A DNA stretch of 56,122 nucleotides, filler included, from Sluysia triapertura (GCA_046118255.1; 4 parts of 4 records of this genome joined end to end with filler, not necessarily neighbours in it); one strand, 5' to 3'; shown: positions 1-14,306, numbered from the whole stretch's first letter. Translations and numbers: made by a program. The notes: generated by a model not told the origin, from the letters alone.

Positions 1-70
1 CATTATGAGCGGGGCGGGTATTAGTACCCGTTTTATGGACTGTCACTTAAGGATACCCGCTCATAATGTG
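1..70. mobile_element. Tiny piggyBac-like MITE (left end clipped by window start)
   Basis: CATTATGAGCGGG (1-13) is the exact reverse complement of CCCGCTCATAATG (56-68). It is followed by TG and then TTAA (71-74). Internal hairpin CGGGTA-TTAG-TACCCG at 15-30. Confidence 0.55.
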
Positions 71-2054
71 TTAATATGGATTTGGCTTAAAATAGTAAAA
101 ACAAATACAACATGCAAATTATAATTTAAGTTTATCTAATATTCGTAGTTATTTTAAATGTGATTTTAAAGATAATATTAAATTACCTAAATGGTTTTAT
201 ATTTTAAGGTTGTTTTAGAATACATAAACTTATTCTATCACGTTGTATTGTTAATAATGATGATTGTTGATTAGGTGGGAGCTTTATTATGTTCACTTTT
301 GATTTGTAGTTTGTCAATTGTGTGCAGTTTTACAAAGACTTACTAATTTGCCAGTTACAATTAGTTTTCAGTTTTTAAAATTTTATCTCGTTACCGAAAT
401 TGATTAATTGTGAGATCCAATCAACATTCATGAGTTTTCCATATTGGTGATAATTATTTTCATTATGTTAGGACCAATGCATATTCCTTGTAATAACAAT
501 ATGTATAATAATATAAGAATGATAATATCTTATAATAATAATTTAATTAAAAATACAATAACAAATAATAATAATTTTATCGAGGCATAGTATCAGCCAT
601 ACATCTGATATATTTCAATGTATAAGCATTATTAGAATGTAAAAAGAGAAAAAATATCATTAGAAAAATAAAAAACAACGAAAAAGGCATAATCGTACAA
701 GCCATCAACAAAAATATCAACATTGAATTATCTAAATTGGTAATATTTTCGAATTAACTGAACATGAATCATGGTAATATTAATCGCAATACAAAAACAA
801 TAAATTTAAAACTGAGTGGACAAATATTCAGATTTTTAAGAAATACAATTAAATGTAATTCCTAGATGTATTTTGCTTGTTAAATACGTGCATTAAAATC
901 TTAGATAACATCATTAATTAATTTGGGTAATTTAATACTTTCCTAAAAGTTATTAGTTAAGTTTTAAATCAGTTATTAAGTTAGCTTAATATTTTTAAAT
1001 GTTGATAATTTATTGCTGCGTGTCTACATTGTTATTTTTATTCACATTTGTCTACATAATTAATTGTGTTTTATTTCATTTCAAGTTTGAATATAATATA
1101 TATTAATTTACTTTGAAGTTATGTATAAATTTCGTATTTATTTGACATAGCTATATTATCAAGAACATTGTTTTTGTGAAAGGATAAATTACATTTAATA
1201 CAGGGATATTACTACGAGGATAGGTAAGACCCTACTTAGTTAAAAAAGTAAATATAAAGTTACAATAACATACTATTGTAGAGATATAAATTAGAAAATT
1301 CTATGTAAATATTAATTAGAACTTTGTAAATTTATTGGAATTTTTTTAAATTTATTTTTATTTTGTAAATTTATCCAAATTATATTTTCAAAAAACTTAT
1401 TTATGGATTCTGACAAAGCTTATTTATGACTTTAATTAGAGAATTTTATTATAAATTTATTGATTTAAGTAGAGAATTTTTATTCATATTTGCACATAAA
1501 ATGGCAATAAATCAGGAATAAGGTTATTTAAATGATATAAAACAGAATATTCACAACGCAAACTCATAATTATTATACAAGACGCAAGCCTTAATTTTTG
1601 ACGATGGTACTCAATAAGTTACGAGGATTTGAAAATTAACTTCGAGCTTCAATTTCGAGTGGAATTTACGCGATCAACTTTTCATATTACATCATCATTT
1701 GGTTTACACAAACGCAGCTACAGATACAAATACTTTATATTTAGCGTCACATTCATTAACCGTTCAAGCATTCGCCTGGATTAATTTGATTTTCAAAATT
1801 TTTTGTATCTAATTCAGGTGTAATCATAAATTTTAACATTTATATTTGATGTAAATTAGTATTATTTATCTTTGGTAATAAATATTCGTTTTTTAAGAAT
1901 TGTGTTGTATAAATTAGGAAGATAAATTAAACAGTTAAGCTGAGTTTTAAAAGAATCACATATGTCAAAATAAATAGTCTAAAAATAAATATGTAATGTC
2001 TAATAATTTTATAATTTTGATTTTTATCTAAAAATAGTATTGACCTAATTATTG

Positions 2055-2056
<2 letters not shown>

Positions 2057-2098
<42 letters not shown>

Positions 2099-2117
2099 TA
2101 TTGTTATTATTATTTTA
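2057..2117. repeat. (ATT)n microsatellite
   Basis: Directly visible trinucleotide run. Confidence 0.95.
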
Positions 2118-3419
2118 TTAAAATCATTATCAATATTATCTCTTTCTAAAATTTCTTTTAATAAGTCAATTTTTTATTTTTAAAATCTGTCAAGGTCACA
2201 TAAAAAGTGTATAATTCCATACGCCGTATTTTCATATCATGCAAAAAATTATCAAACAAAACCAAAAATAGGTCATCACATAATTTTTCATTGGAAATCC
2301 AATTGCTCAACACTAACGTTCTAATAAAGCTCCACGCGTGAATTAGAATATAGTCGCTATTCGTTCGTTCAAGTCTACGTAATTCAAAAGGAAAATTATT
2401 TATTTGACCGGATCTTCTTTCATAGACCAAAACTGTTATCTGTTATCTCTGTTTTAATCTGTTTTAATTGATAGCAATTTGTTACTTAATTTGATTTTTT
2501 AATTATCTTTCAACCCCTTTTTAAGAGGTGAGGTAATAATTTATAAAATACTTATAAAAAGATTATATATTAATCTTAATAAACTTATTATCTTGTGTCA
2601 TACATTTTTGTAAAATTTATTAGTACTTTTGTAATTTTAATAATACATTTTCTTAAGGATTGTGTTTAATTTTTATTTATTGTCTAAAATAAGTTGGCCG
2701 ATTTTAATCGGACGAAAAATACACTCAAATTATACCTAAAAAAGAAAGTAATAATTAAGATTCACCGTTTTTGAAATACGGTTGAAAATATACTTAAAAT
2801 ACCATTTGCATTTAATTTTAAAATAACCTTTATTAATTTCTTAAAGAGCCGATATTAACATTATATAAAAGCACAGTAGTTTTGCCCCAAAAGTACTTAT
2901 ACCTCCATATAAGTTTCTTCTAAAAAACTGCTTACAACTTAGCCCTTGAGTACGTAAGTCTAAGATTGTAAGGAACTCAGCATAAATTAAATTTATCATT
3001 TACACATTCCGACTGGACACAGAATAATCCGATTATAGAAATTAATTAATAAAGTTTGAGAAAGTGTAATTTAATAATCTATATTGCGATTATTGAGTAC
3101 GAAAACCTATTTGAGTAATTAAGAGTTAAAGAAATTAATTTTATAGTTTGAAAAACATATTACAGTTAATAAATCAACGTTAAAGACCCCCATATCTTAG
3201 TGTTAAAAATTATTGTTATATAACCAAGTGCAGGGAAACTTTCCTCAGAATTTTGACTAAATCTTGTAATTGTATTCTGTTTGATATAAATCACAAATTA
3301 CAGAAGAACCTTTAGAATACTTTTATAATCGTTGGTAACAATTTATAGAAAAACATAACACTATAGAGAAACATACTAAAAATTATAAATCACTTACTCT
3401 AGGTGAATCCAATTTCATA

Positions 3420-4260
3420 TTTTACATTTTTCTTCATAAGTTTAAATAGGACACTAACAAGTGGTTCTAAAAGTTTGATTTCATCAAGAATTCAATAAAT
3501 CACTGGATACATTTTTTCGATCTATCCATCTGGCATTAATGAAATTCATTGATATTTCATTCAATAAAAGGTTAAATATTTATTATATTTACTGTTTTCT
3601 TTTACATTAATCATAATATTTAAATTGAATATCCAATACAATATTATAAGGATCATTGTTTCCTTTGGACAACCGTTTCGCAAATATCGATTTCTTTTGT
3701 CGTAATTGGTAATAATTTTAAATTTATTAATGCCGCTTTAATTTTATTTCTAATGGTATTTTTAACAAAAATTGTTAAGCACGCTGAAAATGAAATTTGA
3801 ACATTTCATCAAGATAAAGAGGAATTATACCTGAAGAAAATGTTGAATATTTTCTGCCATTTTAAAAATTCTAGACAGGAATTCTTTGAATAACTTTTTC
3901 TTTATTTCCAATATCAAACAAATGTGAAGAGCATTTTAAGAATGCTTTCTTTAAATTGCTGTATCAATAAATTGAGTATCATATTGTGCAATTATATCTG
4001 AAATGATTAAAATAGTAATCTTCGTTTTTGCTACCTCATCTGAAATATTTATTTTGAAGTTCTTTTGTAGTTAACTCTTTTTGTTGTTCATTACTTTTTC
4101 TAAGAAAGTCTAAGTAATAGCTTTCAATATATACCTTAACTGATGATGTATACCATATTAAAGAACGAAAAACATACAGTTTTATTTCACTTGTGCAAAA
4201 TTCTTCGTTTGATTCACCAATTTTAAAAATCTCTTCCACTGGAATTTATCGATACCTTTT
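3420..4260 (-). mobile_element. Highly decayed transposase remnant, probably hAT
   Basis: Broken minus-strand frames give SLIWYTSSVKVYI (resembles the DxWTS block) and DPYNIVLDIQ (resembles LxQDVxTRWNS). Many stops and frameshifts; boundaries approximate. Confidence 0.3.
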
Positions 4261-6407
4261 GTTTTTTTTAATTGAATTATTCATTTTGATGGATATTTTA
4301 AATTTAACATTAAAACAAAATGTATAAACTTTGGATAAATATAAAATTTGTCCAAAATTATGCATTAATTGACTACTTTTAATATTCTAAAACAATCACA
4401 AACATTTATAATATGCATTTTTTATTACTTCATATTGTTGGGATTACCCAACTGTTAAAAAAGAAATAAATAAGGAAGGTATGAAAATAAAAGTTTAGAA
4501 AAAAGTGTTGAAGTGACATACAGACAGTGAATAAGATTGATGAAGATGAAGATAAATACTTTGGAATTCCAAAGACCTATGTAAGGTTTATGAGGTTTAT
4601 TGAGGTTTAAGATTGACTTGTAAAAAATTTAAAGGTATTAAGGCACCTTTGAATTTGTAAACATTGAGATCACTTAGGACTTTAGTGACCTTTGATAAAC
4701 ATTTAAGATTTTTGAGTGACCTTATAAAGTAATTGAAATCTTTGAAATACTTGAGAGATAAAATCATTGAAGAAAAATTTGGTGTATTGGAATCAGAGTG
4801 TTGAAGTTGAAAGCATCTAGAATCCTCTGAGTGCCTTATAAAGTACTGAACAATTTTAGAACCCTAGTAAAACCTTTAAACATAAACTAGGATTAGGTCT
4901 AAAATTAGATTAATTAATTAAAATTATAATTAATTTAAGAAAAAATTTTTTGTAGAGCTTGAAACTATGTATGTATTTGTTTAAAAAACCTTTCAATGAA
5001 GGTATGGTTTGACCGAGTGCATGCAAAGTCAAATTTTAATTAATTCTTAATTATGGAATGCTCAATTTTTCATATTTATAATGATGAAAAAATAATGAAT
5101 TGAACACGAGATGATTTCTATGAATCCAAAAGTTAATTTGAAATATTTAGTTTAGTTTGTTTGAGAATGTGAGTCTTAAACATTTTCCATAAGAAGATTG
5201 GGTGTGAAAAATCAAAAAATCAATTGAATTCTAAAGACTAAAATTAAATTCATTATTTTTTCCATTTATTTTTGAGAAGTAATTTAAGTAAAAATAGATC
5301 GAGTAGAGATGAAAATAATAGATGATCATAGATCAATTTTTTTGTTTTGTTCCTAATAAAGTTTTACAGACCGTACCATGTAGTTGTCAAAGTTGTTATT
5401 ATCAAAGAGGTTTTGATGATTTCTGTGAGTGTTTGATTGTCAAACTCAAGTTTGATTGGATATGAGAAAGTATAAAAAGAAAAACTTAAATTTTTTGCAA
5501 TACGACCACTAATTTTGCTAATATTGTGATAGAAGTTCCATGTATCGGGTAAAATTTTGAATTTATTTTATTTTATAATTTTATAATTTTAATTGTTAAT
5601 AATTAAGTTAGTTTTGGGGTGATTTTCTATTTAATTTTTTTATAGTTAATGGAAAAATAAACACGAGTACAAACTAATATATTTTATTTAGAAAGATCAT
5701 TTAGTGAGTGATTTATAGTTTTTCCATTATACTAAAAGAAATATATATTGAGATTACAGATTAATTTAATTGTGAAAATTTATTAATAATAAATTTTTGA
5801 AGTTACATTAAAATATATAATTATAATAAAGGCTTCATCTATTTATTTATTGATAAAATTTTAGAATCACTTGATTCAAAGGAATTAATTTAATTTTTGT
5901 GTTATATCACCCTTGGTTATTATTTTATTTGTGTTAACTATTACTTTGTTTTATTTTTCTTATTTTATTTTAAATTACTGTTAGGTGACAATAGTTTTGG
6001 ATAATTTCTAATTTTAGATTGGTAATAGTTATAGCATATAATTACGAAAAAATTGATCGAATTATTTACTCATTTTATATTTACGTTATATTGAATATAA
6101 TTTGTATCTTTTGATTTTATTAAGTTTTAAATTTTAATGAATGAATTAAAATACATTTAACAGTGATGTGGAATAAAGTAATAAAGTGATATGTATACGA
6201 AAAATTCAATGTAATAATTTGTAGTAATTATTTTTAATAATTATTAAACTCAGTAAGATTTCAAGTTAAATTAATTTTGCTATTAAATTCTAAATCATTA
6301 ATTAAAAACGTAACATTATGTTAATCTTACTTTTGTCTAGTAAAACAAGAAGCTTTATACTTATTTCAATATACACATGCACGCATTTTTTAAATAATAT
6401 TTTAAAT

Positions 6408-6625
6408 CAGCGTTTCTCAACCTTTTTACCCCACGACCCAATAAAATTTTTTCATATTGTTCTGCGATTCATAAAGGAATGCTATGAAATAAAAAAGACA
6501 TATACTATTGGCGCTAATTAGCGTTTTGATTGTATAAATTAATTTTTTTGTATGTAGTTTATATTTATAATATGAGTCCACGACCCATAAAAAGTTTAAC
6601 GCGACCCAACGATTGAGAAACCGTG
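6408..6625. mobile_element. hAT-type (Charlie-like) MITE, 218 bp
   Basis: Imperfect TIRs CAGCGTTTCTCAA / TTGAGAAACCGTG. Perfect 8-bp TSD TTTTAAAT at 6400-6407 and 6626-6633. Three subterminal CGACCCA motifs. Confidence 0.85.
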
Positions 6626-9600
6626 TTTTAAATAATTTAACATAGTCTTACCTTTTGAATAAAGCAGTTTTTGGTGAATATTTTGCCTCAAAAACACACA
6701 GGAAAACAGCTAAGTCATGGATAACATGAAGCTACTGATGAAATATTTGTTTCGTTCTTAAATTCTACCTGACGAACGCAAATTGTTTAATGAACATTCT
6801 AATAATAATCTAAATTCACATAATAATACGACACATAAATATCTTTACTTAATGATTCTCGTAAAGTTAAGTAGATTTTTTTGTAACAGTACAATTAGCA
6901 TATTCAAAATACATTTTTTGGCATATCAAAACGTAAATGTAAATGTAAATTAAATTGGATTCGTGATTTAAATATTTGCAAGCAAAACTAATTTTATAGT
7001 AATATTTAATATACAAATTTTGTTTATTTATAAAATATCAAGATAATATATCATAATTAATTCTCTTTGTGAATTCTAATTTATTCTATTTTCATATATA
7101 TTCAAAAATTAATATTTATATAATAATTACAATAGAAAAAATTAAAATTAATCCGAAAAATACTTACAGTTTCCATTGGGAACTATTTCATTTACTGGAT
7201 TCATCATTTTTGTTTTTTTTCGTGACTGCAAGATTATATTTAAAAATATTTAATTAGAGAAAATTTATTTTTTGTAATTATATTATTGTTAAATTTATTT
7301 AAAAAATTATTTATAACATTATTTAAATAAATTTAAAAATCTATAAAATAATTCAAATACAAATTGTATTGCATTTACTTTAAAATCAGAAAATGTTTAA
7401 AAAACTTCAGGAACATCAAAATGCTTATTAGAAGCATTCTTAAATTAAAAATAAATGCGAAGGAAATAGCTAATAATCTGTCTGTTGAGTAATGTTATGT
7501 TAATATAATGTAACATAAAAGTAATTATAAAAGTAATAATAGTGTTTATAAATTTATATTACTAAAAATTTTAAAAAAGAACTATAATTACTATTATTAA
7601 TTATATATTATTATTATTATAAAAATGTTATAAACATATTTTACTTAACAATTATTTTAAAAGAATTAATAGAAAGATTATGATTAGATGAATTCGTCTG
7701 TGATCCAAGACTTACATTAAATGGATTGTTCAAAGAATGTATATGATAAAATTTTTAAAGAAATTGGATGTCAAATGTGTTTGTTTAATTGGGTAAGTAA
7801 ATATATTATTAATGTTAGTATCAAAAATCATTCAAAAGTAATTCTTTATAGTTGTTTAATAATATTCGTTGGTAGATTTTATATACCTGTACAAGCGTAA
7901 CAATATCAATCGTTGTGTCATCAGTATTGATTTATTATGTATAATTTGTGTGTCTTAACTATCATATTCGTACAATTGTATAATTTGTAAATATTTTCGA
8001 ACTTTGTATTATTTATTTAGAATTTTGTATTGATTAATTTATTAATATTTGAATTACCTTTCTGAATTTTAATTTTTGGAGTTAAATCAATTAAAATTTA
8101 TTTGGAATCAAACAACAATAAAAAAACTAACGTAAGTAATTCTAATATTTCTATATATTATTAAATTCTGATATTTCTATATATTATTAATTAAAAATAT
8201 TTTCGATAAAATAATTTTGTTTTAATTATTAAAATAAATATTATCTGGCCAAGGTCAACTAAACAAGTATATAAGCATTGCAAAGAATGCACTAAAGACA
8301 TGACTATTATATCAACACAATTTTTTAAAAAATATTTTGTTGGCAAAATTTGTTTGGACAAAACTATTGAGACTCAACTGTTTTTTCACATAAAGGACTT
8401 CTTGGCCAGAATAATTACGTTAGTTTGCTATATTAAGTTTAAATACAGTAAGTATCAACGCAAAATCAAGGCAAATTATATTTTTGTAATAAATTTTTGA
8501 AACTTATAAGAGTTTCGTCGTAAAATATATTTTAAAAATATTGTTTAGAATTAACTGAAAGTTAATTATCGCAATATATCTATTGATATTTATATATTTT
8601 TGTTGTCATATTAAGTTATTTATTTGTAATGTGCGAATATATAAATTATATGAAAATTTCTTATTATTAACGATTAACTTCTATAGTTATAATTTTATAA
8701 AATCATTACTAAAGTAAAGCTTTATTCAGAATGTAAATCTGAAATCGAAAATTATTTGTTATAAATCCTTTTCATAAGATTCTCGAAAACTATTTCAATA
8801 ATACAAAATTTAATTGTTATTTTTTCAGTTAGCAGAATATTAACAAAATTCAATCTAAATTTGCATCACTAAAATAGAATCTATCCTTAGAAAATTACTC
8901 CCATTCTTTTATAAATCCAACGGTTAGCCCTAACCAGTAAGCCTTGTACGTTGCTGGACTCACGTATAAATTTTACTTTATTCTATAAGTTCTCAGGTAC
9001 CTATATTTAAAATGAAGGTTACAAATGATAATACACAGTTGATTTTAATCCACTATGCAAGTGTTTTATACTAAAAATACTTAAATTCTTACACCTACAA
9101 AATATCTGAGAGTCGATTAACCTAATACACACTATTTACATCAATGCTGAAGAAATTAAACTTAAGCAAAGCTATGAAGAATTCGCAGGTTAGTCTTAAT
9201 AATTTCAACGTGTCGTGAATTTTACCTTAATAATTTATCTTCACTTCTCTAATTACTTATGTTATATTCCACTGGTCTGGTATATAAAATATTTTAAATT
9301 ACACTAACCATATACGGTTTAGTATTAAAAATTAAGAAATGATTTTACACTAGCCTATTACAAAAAACTAAAATAAAATTAATGTTACAACTTATATAGA
9401 TTTTATATAGATTTTAAGACTTCATATTCAATTCCTTGACATGGTATTGAATTTTAACTTTAGATTCCACTAGCCTTTTTAAGGTCTAGTATAAAAATTA
9501 TAAAATTTACGTAAGATTTTAAATTACCCTTATGTGATGAAATTTTAAAAAACGTATATGATAAAAAATTATTGTTCTTGGAAAGATTTTAGAAATATAT

Positions 9601-11021
9601 TCTTATAGCTAAAACTTTAAATGTTCTGCCAATTAAATTTAAAATATTTCTTCAAAATTTCTTGTGACATTCTTAAAAATTTGTTTTTTTGTTGTTTCTT
9701 AAATTTTATAAATTTATATATTAATTTCTAACCTAAGACTCCATCTTACTTTTTTGATTTATTTAAACATTTAAAATTTTCTTAATTTCATAAAAGTAAA
9801 AATTTTCCTAAATCAAATATTTAAAATCTTGAAATATCTTTTCTTAAAAATAAAAAAATTTTAAAATATTAAAATAAGGTATTTAATTTATTTTGATTAA
9901 AATTTGAATTATAATAAAAATACCTACTTTAATAAAATCATTTACATATACCAAATATAAAATACACATTATATTTATATAACATAAAACACCTTAACAA
10001 CTACATAAACTGTGGATTCAAAATGTGCAGTAATTTAAAGGAATAATACAAACGATAACAAGCGCAACTATTATTTTTATGAACTTTCTTGGTACATGTA
10101 ACTAGAATAAACAAAATAGATGTAAGACTGAAAATATTTTAACTATTTAAAGATTATGATCTTTATGAGAATTTTAACCGTCTCTGTAAAATGACGGGAA
10201 ACACGTTAAAAAACATTTAAACAGGATTTTGTGTCACTATTTAAAATGTAACAAAGACAAAACTAACGTCTTTTTATTAAAAAATATTTTGATCGGATAA
10301 TCGAGCATTATGAGTTATGGGTCCACGAAATTATAAGTGATCAAAATTTGGCTCTTAAAATTCTTAGTGCGCCGAAATTATTTCATTACATAAGAATTTA
10401 ATCTGTCTGTACTAGACATTAACGTGGTTTAGTCCAAGGCTTGTTTTTTATATCCAAAAAATTTGTAAAATTTCTCTGAATTGAAATTTATGTCCATTTT
10501 ACATGCATTATTCGTATTACTTTTTGTTCGCGTAATTACCACGTTATTTTATAACGAATTAATTTTTTGAAAAAATTAATTTTCAAAATCAATTAGAGCT
10601 ACGCCATTTTGAATAAACAATATTATTATACTTATTATTAATTATATATTATTATTTTATTAATATTGTTATTTTTCTATTAATATTATTTTTATATTAT
10701 TTTTATTTGGCTGACAATAAAAAATAAAGTAATTAATAATAAAGAGTTAAAAGATCTTAAAAAGCTTTCACACGAATTAATCAGTTTTTTATAAAAATTT
10801 AACGACCTTTAAAAAAACTAATTGTTGCACAACATATGTGGTTGGAAAAAGAAGACTTATGGAAATAATTGAGAAAACATATTTACATCTGCAAAATTAT
10901 TGTCTCAATGGAGTAAAATAAAATCAATCATATATTAGATACTTTAATTACAATCTAAAATAATAGAATCAATAACAATATAATAATGACAATAATATTC
11001 AAATTGTTAGACTTCGTAAAA

Positions 11022-11093
11022 TGGACTGACCGGGAATCGAACTCGGGACCATCGCTGCGCAGTTCGATTGCTCTACCACTGAGCTATCAGCTC
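11022..11093 (-). ncRNA. tRNA-Ala-derived element or tRNA pseudogene
   Basis: Minus strand reads GAGCTGA TA GCTC AGTGGTA GAGC A ATCGAACTGCGCAGCGA TGGTC CCGAG TTCGATT CCCGG TCAGTCC A (72 nt). A box, B box, D arm, T arm and acceptor stem with G3.U70 and A73 are present, followed by TTTT. The anticodon stem does not pair canonically. Confidence 0.75.
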
Positions 11094-12299
11094 CGTCTAG
11101 CAATTTCATTTTATTATAGTCAATATACCGTCATGGCAATTTAGGCCTTTTACTCAAATTTATTAAGTAATGTAAAATATTTTAAAATAAAATTATTCAA
11201 ATTGTTAAAGTACTGACATTCAAAATGAAGACCTTTAAGGTCAAACGATTGAATGTAAAAGTGCCGAAGCGCATTAATTATATCATATTCAGCAGTAAGA
11301 TATATTGAACTAATAAAAATTATTTTGTGAAACTTATAATCATTTTAAATAATTATTTATAATCTCATCAAGAAATTCATATAACATTATTTTTGGAACA
11401 ATCAACGGTCATTCAATTTATATTTAGACATAATTAAGAGATTTGTAAGAGAAATTTCTATTCCATAAAATTTGTAATTTAATTCAGTCTTGTAACATCA
11501 AAAAATTAAATTAAATAAATTAAATAAGTTTTATAAATTAAATAAGTTTATAGGTTATTTTAGAAAAATTATTAACAGGCTATTTTAAGTGATATATTAA
11601 ATATTTTGAATCAGATAATTAATAATCTTTAATTCAAGAAAATGGAATATTAATGAAAAAAATTGTTAAGGAACTTACCTATCTGAAGACATAATAGCTC
11701 AAGCTACGAAAGGAGGAGATACCAAGAATTTAAAATTAAATATATAGTGACTTATATAACAATTTAGGATTAATGTCGTTAGAAAAGATATATCAAGCAG
11801 TGATAATAAGAGATTGTCAGTTAAATAAAGAAATATTAAGGACCAAGTTAGTAGTAGTTGTAACAAACCCAAATTTAGTTGAACCACTTCTTCTATTAGA
11901 AGAAGAAATTTTTGGCAGATGAATTGGTGAAGTTACATATATATAAATGTGAAAAGATAAAAGTCAAAATAAAGCAAGAAAATAAATGTACCAATAAATT
12001 TTCTGTTATTTATTGAATAATAATACCAACTAATAAACTTAAACAAAAACGGTGCAGTGCTCCACTGTTATGGCAGCAGAATATAAATTTCATGATAATC
12101 TATGGATATCATTACCATATCGAAGGGCAAAAATAAATCAATAATAATAAAATTATAAAATCAATAAAGTGTTACAATAATGTTAATTTATTACAATCAG
12201 TAATTTGTTTAATTAGTTACACACATAAATCATCAATGGGTTTAGATGTTATGTTATTTACAATTCATATTCGCAATTAAATGTCCTTAGAAAGAAAGA

Positions 12300-12960
12300 A
12301 AATGAACTGAAATAAATAGAGATAACCCCCAGAGTAATGTGTAAATGTCCAGATGATATCATATTAGCAATGGACTAAAGGGTCTCATTCTAGATTTCAA
12401 TAAAGCAAAATGAATGAACATTTATACAAACCGATCAATGAATTATGACAATGTTGCATTCCCGATAGAACTAATAATTTAAGAAATTTTCCAAAGATAT
12501 TTATATCATCATTGTATAATCAAGAATATCTTGTTCTTTTTTCAAATTTTCAGAAGAAAAAGTCTATAAGAATAATAAATTATACGGATGAAAATAAATA
12601 GTTATATAATGGAACTCAATTAAAAATAATAGTAAATTATGAGAATAGAAGAAAATGAAGAAGACTATGAAGAATTTGAAGAATAAGAATAAGAATTTAA
12701 CGAAACAAAAGGAAACATTATACAAACTTACTTACAGATACCCATGAGCAATAGCAAAATATAAATATGATATAGGAGACTCAATAATTAAACATGAAAT
12801 CCCATTATTAGAAGATAATGTCATTCGATAAAAACCATATAGAATACCAAAAAGAAATTTAAGATCAAATAAATACAATGAAAAAGATGGAGTAATAAGA
12901 CCAAGCTTTTCGCTATTTTATCACCAGAATATCAGATTTTGCATTGATTTCAGGGATAAT
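12300..12960 (+). mobile_element. Decayed Ty3/Gypsy pol fragment (protease end / RT start)
   Basis: Broken frames give HEIPLLEDNVIR*KPYRIP, DGVIRPSFS and RFCIDFR, which match the Gypsy RT N-terminus. CPDDIILAMD near 12350 resembles the protease ILGMD motif. Confidence 0.65.
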
Positions 12961-14206
12961 TGCATATTAATTGACATTAATTGATTTAAATAAGTTTTTA
13001 TAATCAATTTTTCTCATAAAATTTTGTGGCCAAACCTCAAATGCGTAAGACTCGGATCGCAGACGATTCACTAATTTAAATTATTTGTAGCTCAATTACT
13101 TTTACGTAAAAGCAACAATTGCAGTATTCTGATCGGATTCCAAAAATGAGACTTCAGATTATTAATAACAAACACGTAACTAGTCAGAATATTCAACCCA
13201 ATCTTCTCGAATAAAAAATTTACACCTAGTAGGTTTAAAATTTTGTAAGATTTCCACTTATTTAATATAAGTAATAACCTTTTACTTAAAATCCTTTTGT
13301 AAAATCTTTCTCGTATTTTTAAGGTATTATAAATTTTAGATTCAATTTAATATTAATAAATATTTTATACATCTATTATGTTTTTGACAATTATTTTGTT
13401 CTACATTATTGGATTTTATGAATATTAAGTGGGGACGTAGTGGTTGTGTTTGGTAGGTAAACCATGCCTTATGATATTTTGTTAACTTATGAAGTATATT
13501 AACGGCATCGGAATTTTTGATTTTAAGACGCGAATTTAGATTACAAGCTGCACATTTTATTTGTATTGGTATAATTTGATTGACTTGAGTTTTCCTATTG
13601 ACAGATGTGTTCACATCAGTGTGTGCTCTTACCGTTAGATTACAGTAGTTGCATGAATTATTGTCCCTGGTAAGATTTGTTTTCGTTTTAGAATTGATCG
13701 GGTTGTTATTGTTTTGATATGATTGTTCTGATTGTGGCTTCATTTGAAATAATAGGTTTATTTTATTTGGTTTTTTAATTTGAATTGTCTGGATCTGATT
13801 ATTAGAATAAATTTTCAGTTCTTTGTTTGGGGTATCGGCGCGCTTTTGATTTTATCCACTGATTTTGTTGTTTGCATTCTTATCCAGTTGTTTAAGTATG
13901 ATCTTGGAAGTATTGACGTGTTTAAAGTTGGACTTATTAGTCTTTTGGTCTTGTATATTGGCTTTAACATTTGTATTTTTAAGTGATTGTTTCGATACGT
14001 CCTTGAATGTATTGAATGGTTTAGAATTACTTTTGTTGGTCTTTTGGTTTGAAATGTTTCGTTTTTGATCTTTGTAGTGGCCAACTCCATAAATTAAGAT
14101 TTACAAACAATCTTGTTAAAACAAAATTCATCACAACCATACTCTGCAACTACAATCATCACTCAATTCATTTCATAAAACAATAATATACAACCTTAAC
14201 ATTTCA

Positions 14207-14306
14207 NNNNNNNNNNNNNNNNNNNNNNNNNNNNNNNNNNNNNNNNNNNNTTAATTAATTAANNNNNNNNNNNNNNNNNNNNNNNNNNNNNNNNNNNNNN
14301 NNNNNN
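14207..14306. other. Artificial contig-joining spacer (44N-TTAATTAATTAA-44N)
   Basis: Exactly 100 bp with a six-frame stop linker; identical to two others in the window. Confidence 0.95.

Noticed and set aside
8230-8500. WPRSTKQVYKHCKECTK, like an integrase zinc-binding segment
   Set aside because: A single short motif with no recognisable downstream core; too weak to annotate.
11022-11093. Functional tRNA with an unusual anticodon (e.g. Arg-GCG)
   Set aside because: The anticodon stem does not form in either register, there are mismatches in the acceptor and T stems, and a decayed second copy indicates a repeat family.
14251-14262. TTAATTAATTAA palindrome recurring three times at ~14.5-kb spacing
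   Set aside because: Always embedded in 44+44 N; an assembly linker, not a biological motif.
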